A stretch of DNA of 64,000 nucleotides from a virus. Location: the IMG/VR virus record IMGVR_UViG_3300029908_000017, positions 1 to 64,000 of that record; one strand, 5' to 3'. The notes under the pieces were generated by a model. It was not told the DNA's origin. It was given only the letters and a program-made list of their open reading frames with translations, and ran no database searches. Below, one piece after another: positions 59,322 through 64,000 of the stretch (its first letter is position 1; each line of letters begins with the position of its first letter). A program made the translations under genes and the position numbers.

Positions 59322-60008
59322 TTAAATATAAGGTATCACTTGAAAATCCGTATCCGCGTTAGAAGTAGTGGATACAAATGGAGGCCAAGAGGGTTTCAAT
59401 GTTCCACGATTTAATCCTCCTTGTAGCGATTCAGGATTAGGACTAAACGCAGCATACTGAAAATCAAAATATGTTTTACCAACTAATAAAGTCCTGGGCT
59501 TAATATCGTTTAGTTGACTGACTCGCTCAACCGCCCAAATATCCAGTTCAAAACTTCCTGCAATCAAACAATCCGTACTGGCATTGGGAATGAATACAAC
59601 AAAATGATTAGGTACTTTATCATCTATGTAAATACCATTACCCAGACTTCCTTGCCACACAACTACAAGGTTATAAACATTCGATTTTACAATCGCTTGT
59701 AGATTATATCTCTTAACGTCAATACTTTGAGTATTAATGAATAAAAATGTATCAAAAATAATGTCTTCTCCCTGATAAAATACACCTGTCGATAAATCGC
59801 TACCTATATAGTTTGTTCCGGGTATCCCTGCTGTATTAATAGGATTTGGAGAAGGGGATGTATTATTGACTCGGGGAATAAACGTAGTTTTATTATATTG
59901 CAAACTACCTGCGTAATTATTTAAATTTATTGGAACAGATATATTTTGCGTACTAGCCTGACTTGGTTCAAAATTAGTTGGTTGATTTAAAGGTACAATT
60001 ATAGACAT
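59322..60008 (-). CDS. Putative virion structural protein
   Basis: Beta-rich, N/T/P-rich, FYQGE-x-I-x-F and G-x-F-x-LD pattern. Confidence 0.45.
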   Translation of the reverse strand: MSIIVPLNQPTNFEPSQASTQNISVPINLNNYAGSLQYNKTTFIPRVNNTSPSPNPINTAGIPGTNYIGSDLSTGVFYQGEDIIFDTFLFINTQSIDVKRYNLQAIVKSNVYNLVVVWQGSLGNGIYIDDKVPNHFVVFIPNASTDCLIAGSFELDIWAVERVSQLNDIKPRTLLVGKTYFDFQYAAFSPNPESLQGGLNRGTLKPSWPPFVSTTSNADTDFQVIPYI

Positions 60009-60313
60009 ACTTGAATAAGTTTTTTGGTAACTTGATCTTGTCTATAATAACATATCTGTTCAACATTCAACATACTTTTCATTGTCAAAAAATCCTGGTC
60101 GGTCATTGATGTCAAGGCTGTCTCCAATTGTGGACGTATTTGAGCATAGGGATTTGTTTTTCCTCCACAAGACGAACAACCCGTTTTCGGTTGAGTATTT
60201 AAATGATTAATTAATGTACTCAACCGACTGAATGCTGGAATGGTCAGTAAACTTGGATTGTTATTCAACAGATGACTAAGCTGAGAAGCGGAAGTGATAG
60301 ATAACTTGCTCAT
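59999..60313 (-). CDS. Hypothetical protein with GCSSCG motif
   Basis: 104-aa ORF with its own promoter. Confidence 0.65.
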   Translation of the reverse strand: MSKLSITSASQLSHLLNNNPSLLTIPAFSRLSTLINHLNTQPKTGCSSCGGKTNPYAQIRPQLETALTSMTDQDFLTMKSMLNVEQICYYRQDQVTKKLIQVCL

Positions 60314-60319
60314 CCTTCC

Positions 60320-60347
60320 AATATACTGATTAATAACTAAAAAACAA
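60320..60347 (-). promoter_or_regulatory. sigma70-like promoter, near-leaderless
   Basis: TTGTTT-N16-TATATT-GGAAGG-ATG(60313). Confidence 0.55.
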
Positions 60348-60370
60348 ATGAGAATATCTCAAATGTTTCC

Positions 60371-60417
60371 GAGACAGGGGAATTTACCCCTGTCTCTATA
60401 TTTCGCTTGCGCGAAAT
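60371..60417 (-). terminator. Tandem 3' hairpins after 60417..60764
   Basis: atttcgc-GCAA-gcgaaat and gagacagggg-N6-cccctgtctc. Confidence 0.6.
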
Positions 60418-60764
60418 TACCGGCTCTTGGAAAGAACCGCAGTTGCCTGCTCTTCTTCCACTTCAGCTTCGGTGGGTACCTGAATTTCCTCAACAATGAC
60501 CGGAACTTCCGGAATATTGTCATGGACCTTTTGTACTGTGTTCTTGACCTTCTTCACACCCAGTCCAACAAAGCCAAGCATGCGAGTCTTGACGCTGGTG
60601 GCCTTGGCTTTGACGAGTGGCCAATAAGCCACGCTAAAGCCTCCAATAACTGCTCCAGCTGCCGCTGATGCTGCTACAACAGTAGCCACACCAGTTTTGG
60701 TCAGAACAATGTTAGTCGAGGGGGTGTTGACATTGATCGTCAATGTATCGGTAGGGGTTTCCAT
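60417..60764 (-). CDS. Single-TM protein with elevated GC and strong SD
   Basis: AAAGAVIGG TM segment, aagga upstream, dedicated promoter and 3' hairpins. Confidence 0.75.
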   Translation of the reverse strand: METPTDTLTINVNTPSTNIVLTKTGVATVVAASAAAGAVIGGFSVAYWPLVKAKATSVKTRMLGFVGLGVKKVKNTVQKVHDNIPEVPVIVEEIQVPTEAEVEEEQATAVLSKSR

Positions 60765-60835
60765 ATAATGATCCTTTCGTTATTTTTGTTTACAAGAATT
60801 CACCTCACAAGAGATAAACCCTTCTTTGATATACT

Positions 60836-60872
60836 ACTATACCAATATACCCTCTATTCACCCAAGGGGGGT
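60836..60872 (-). promoter_or_regulatory. C-box/extended -10 promoter copy 5
   Basis: ACCCCC-N23-GGTATAGT followed by a 13-bp G-U-rich hairpin. Confidence 0.75.
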
Positions 60873-60966
60873 GGGGAGGGGTTAAATGATACTTAATATC
60901 GCAAGTAATACAATACTGAGTATCAAACCAATTACTAATGTGCCAAACCATGATATTTTGTCCACG

Positions 60967-61865
60967 TTATTCCTTTGGGAAGTTGTTAGCTACACGGAAA
61001 GCAAATTCCATAGTCTGACGATTGAATGTAGCATAGCGAGCTCCTGCCTCAAATTGTGATTTCGCCTGATCGGTTAGTATCCAAAGTTCTGTTAACAACA
61101 AACGTTCATAGTCTGTTAAATCACTAAACTTGGGTGCGCGATAATTATGCTCATATTCTGATGGGTTCATATTATTTCTCCTTTAATATATCTTGTTGAA
61201 GACATTTCAAATCTCGAATTACTCCTTCCAAAGTCTCTCTTCTGGAAACACAATGGAAGTAGTATTTAGAGTCTGTCGTATAGTTCAAATTCTGTTGTAT
61301 ATCCAGAAGTTTTGTTACACTCTTTTCATAATCTATGATTAATTCATTTAAAGTCATATTTTATTCTTGGATGTATCTAGATCTATTCCATTCAGAAAGC
61401 TGCATTAGTTTATATATAATCGGTACACAATTGTTTGTGTGATATAATTCTTTTCTACCTTGTACGTTAGCTATACCCCTTCCTAAAGTTTTTTTACAAA
61501 AGAAGCATTTTTCTTTTTCATGCGCATTAATAAATTTTTCTGTATTCAAAACATTAAACCAATTCCATATATAGTTCTTCCGCATCTCTATATCTGGTTC
61601 CCATTCAAATTGTTTAAAAGTCCCGTTGATATCTTCTTTTGTTAAAAAAGGATAAGATTCTTTTATATCAGATGTTTTCATTTTTTACCCAACGAAATTT
61701 TTGTTTATTAAATACATAGCTATTACCAGATAAAGATAATATACAAACATTATCTTCCGTGTCATAATATTCTGCACCAATTTGCTCATCAGGATATTGA
61801 GTTTTAAATGTTTCAAATTGCGTTAAAGAAAGTAAAATCGATTTTTTATAATTATGATTAGCCAT
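60967..61865 (-). CDS. Four small hypothetical ORFs
   Basis: 60967..61170, 61172..61357, 61361..61681 and 61668..61865, downstream of promoter copy 6. Confidence 0.6.
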
Positions 61866-61907
61866 ATTTGATCCTTGTTCTTGAGAACATAAGTATTCCC
61901 ATTACTT

Positions 61908-61944
61908 ATTATACCGATAAATACCCAATACACCTAAGGGGGGT
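61908..61944 (-). promoter_or_regulatory. C-box/extended -10 promoter copy 6
   Basis: ACCCCC-N23-GGTATAAT. Confidence 0.75.
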
Positions 61945-61948
61945 AGAA

Positions 61949-62833
61949 TTAGAAGCTAGCGGGAAGTGCTGCCAATGGGGCACATAAGTCGCTGGGTAAT
62001 AGCGACAATCCAATAAACAAGCTATGCGTGTTAGCAGGCTCTCCAACGTTTATGCTGTCATAAAATGGTGAGAGAGTACTGCCCAATATTAAATTGATAT
62101 TTACCCCTCCCGAAATATTATAAGTACCTGTACTATCGGGAGGAACACCATTAATAAACGAAACAATCTCTGAACAATCCGTTAATTCAGGGTCAATGAA
62201 CTGATCACTGCAACTTAAGGGTATTCCGTAAGAATTACCTATAGAAAGATCAATTTTATTGTTTGTTGTATCAAAATCGATACCAAAATTATAACCTTCA
62301 TAAAATTCGATATTACCTACTAAATTTGGTGAGACTTGTGTACTTAATGGTAATTGTGGTGAGTAAAAGAACAATCCGTCGCTTATATAGTTGGTTTCTA
62401 CACTCAAACTCGTTACACCCTGCCAATCATTGGAAAATTCATGTACTAATGACGGTTCTACATATAAATTTGTAAAATTACTGACTCCCGTAGGTATACC
62501 ACTCAAAAAATCTGCGTTTATCGTAATCTGACTGCCATTTGTACCTGAAATGTATTGTATACCTGTTAATGACAAATTTACTGAAAAAGTGATGGAATCC
62601 GAGAAAACAAATGAGATAATGCCACCAGAACTTGATGTATACATCAAGTTTGTAGGAAAAACGCTTAAAGTTGAGGTATACATCAAGTTTAAATCCAAAA
62701 TCAACGAATTTGGTAGCACATACCCCGAATCAGCAGTTTTATTGGTATTCGTTAGAAACGGATAACTCCGAAAGCCATTTTCATCAAGAAATTCAAGTAC
62801 AGAAGGCATATTAAAATCCTGAAGTATCCACAA
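61949..62833 (-). CDS. Putative tail/baseplate protein (likely start MPSVLE)
   Basis: EN-x-x-R-x-YPF N-terminus and INGVPPD-x-x-G motif; S/T/N-rich. Confidence 0.55.
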   Translation of the reverse strand: MWILQDFNMPSVLEFLDENGFRSYPFLTNTNKTADSGYVLPNSLILDLNLMYTSTLSVFPTNLMYTSSSGGIISFVFSDSITFSVNLSLTGIQYISGTNGSQITINADFLSGIPTGVSNFTNLYVEPSLVHEFSNDWQGVTSLSVETNYISDGLFFYSPQLPLSTQVSPNLVGNIEFYEGYNFGIDFDTTNNKIDLSIGNSYGIPLSCSDQFIDPELTDCSEIVSFINGVPPDSTGTYNISGGVNINLILGSTLSPFYDSINVGEPANTHSLFIGLSLLPSDLCAPLAALPASF

Positions 62834-63551
62834 TCTTTGATGGATTGGAATTGGGTTGTGAACCTACGAGCGTAACATTCAGACTACCAATACCATCACC
62901 ACTAATCTGTATTACGTCACTACTAGCTATGAAAATATTATTATTCACGGGTGACATCAAGTTTATCTTTTTCAACGCCTGAAAACTGGTAGTTAATGGA
63001 AATTTATGATTACCGACGGCGTTAAAGGTTATAAAATTCTTATATATATCATTATTGGTATTAAAAAATACTGTTTCATCTGTACTTGAAGAGGATAACA
63101 CGATATTACCAAATAAATTGTTCAAATAGAAAACACCTGCTTGTTCATTGATCGATCTTACAGTAGAAGCAACAAACAGTAAGTTATAAATTACTTTTTC
63201 ACCTACATAGTTATTCCATAATGTATTAACGCCATCTGCAAAAGTAATTCGACCAATATACCTCGTACCTACCGTTAAGCGTATATAATTAAGTCCTGCT
63301 AAATAATCCGCTTGTTGTAAAACGAAATTGGATGTGCCTGTATCGTAAGTCAGGTTTATCGTCAAAAATGTCGAACTAACCTCGATATAGTTGATTAAGG
63401 GGACAAAGTTGGCGAATTGTTGGAAACTTGCATCCACAATTACGTTGTTCAAAGGCGCGTCTACAGTAAATGGATAAGCGGATAACGCATGCTCATTTTC
63501 CCATTCAATAACTTTTGCACTCATATTAGTATTGTTGAGAATAGAAAACAA
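62811..63551 (-). CDS. Putative tail/baseplate protein, paralog of 61949..62833
   Basis: WENE-x-x-x-x-x-YPF...I-x-D and IN-x-x-x-P motifs; likely start MSAKVIE. Confidence 0.55.
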   Translation of the reverse strand: MFSILNNTNMSAKVIEWENEHALSAYPFTVDAPLNNVIVDASFQQFANFVPLINYIEVSSTFLTINLTYDTGTSNFVLQQADYLAGLNYIRLTVGTRYIGRITFADGVNTLWNNYVGEKVIYNLLFVASTVRSINEQAGVFYLNNLFGNIVLSSSSTDETVFFNTNNDIYKNFITFNAVGNHKFPLTTSFQALKKINLMSPVNNNIFIASSDVIQISGDGIGSLNVTLVGSQPNSNPSKIVDTSGF

Positions 63552-64000
63552 CTAGTTGAAAACTATTTGGAGCACCTGAGGTACCAGTAATATTAAAATT
63601 AATCGTATCCGTTATTCCAAACGTATTTGTCGTAGTAGATAATACCACCAATCCATTACTTGTGGCATTTAAACCAATTAATCCTCCTATATTCGTACTT
63701 GTAATCCTCACAGTAAAAGTCACAGTACCTGTATCTGTAATCGCATAAATTTTATTAATCGTTCCATTGATACCCGTTGGATTTACTAACACATAATTGC
63801 CATTGGTAGGAGTTAATAAAATATCACTATATGTTGTTACGAAATATGGCCAAGAGAGATATTCAGGAGCAGTTTCGGCAATAAAATTAACAACTGGAGT
63901 CTGAGACTTTGAATAATAGTTATTATACCCATGATTGTCACCAATCACTAACCCTGATAACTCATTGACCAGATAATTTGGATTTACAGGAGCCAGAGGT
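63526..64000 (-). CDS. C-terminal part of a putative tail/baseplate protein (begins outside window)
   Basis: T/N/G-rich beta composition; frame appears open to the window edge. Confidence 0.5.
   Translation of the reverse strand, partial: PLAPVNPNYLVNELSGLVIGDNHGYNNYYSKSQTPVVNFIAETAPEYLSWPYFVTTYSDILLTPTNGNYVLVNPTGINGTINKIYAITDTGTVTFTVRITSTNIGGLIGLNATSNGLVVLSTTTNTFGITDTINFNITGTSGAPNSFQLVVFYSQQY

Noticed and set aside
2028-62765. Short antisense or alternate-frame ORFs in the track (e.g. 3849..4076, 24461..24811, 47736..47960, 57632..57988, 60348..60668)
   Set aside because: Fully nested in longer motif-bearing genes, with composition typical of shadow frames.
1-64000. Stop-codon reassignment (alternative genetic code)
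   Set aside because: Long conserved genes are intact in code 11, and both TAG and TGA end genes at sensible, often coupled, positions.

Overview
This is a gene-dense, AT-rich segment of a large tailed-phage (Caudoviricetes, probably jumbo-type) genome that reads in the standard bacterial code. No rRNA, CRISPR array, integrase or transposase is visible. A ~38 kb minus-strand block (about 12.5-50.8 kb) carries the replication and recombination genes: RuvC-like resolvase, RecA/UvsX, SSB, UDG-fused family A polymerase, DnaB, primase, SF2 helicase and SbcCD. The same block holds a Ycf46-type AAA/DUF3150/DUF1257/DUF2997 module and many small accessory ORFs. Virion and lysis genes (portal, GpA-type terminase, lysis cassette, tail/baseplate-like genes) sit in scattered islands. 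Highlights: (1) a phage-encoded ubiquitin-like cassette (beta-grasp protein ending in GG, ThiF/E1, JAB peptidase, and a large protein with a possible E2-like Cys); (2) a ~310-nt highly structured RNA with its own promoter and terminator; (3) a C-terminal R-x-L/M-E-I tag shared by five unrelated proteins; (4) an unannotated 58-aa histone-fold ORF; (5) two promoter classes, a six-copy C-box/extended -10 promoter with 5' hairpins and sigma70-like promoters that would give near-leaderless mRNAs. A tRNA-Ile2(CAT) and two coding tandem-repeat arrays are also present. All family assignments come from motif recognition by eye, not database searches.
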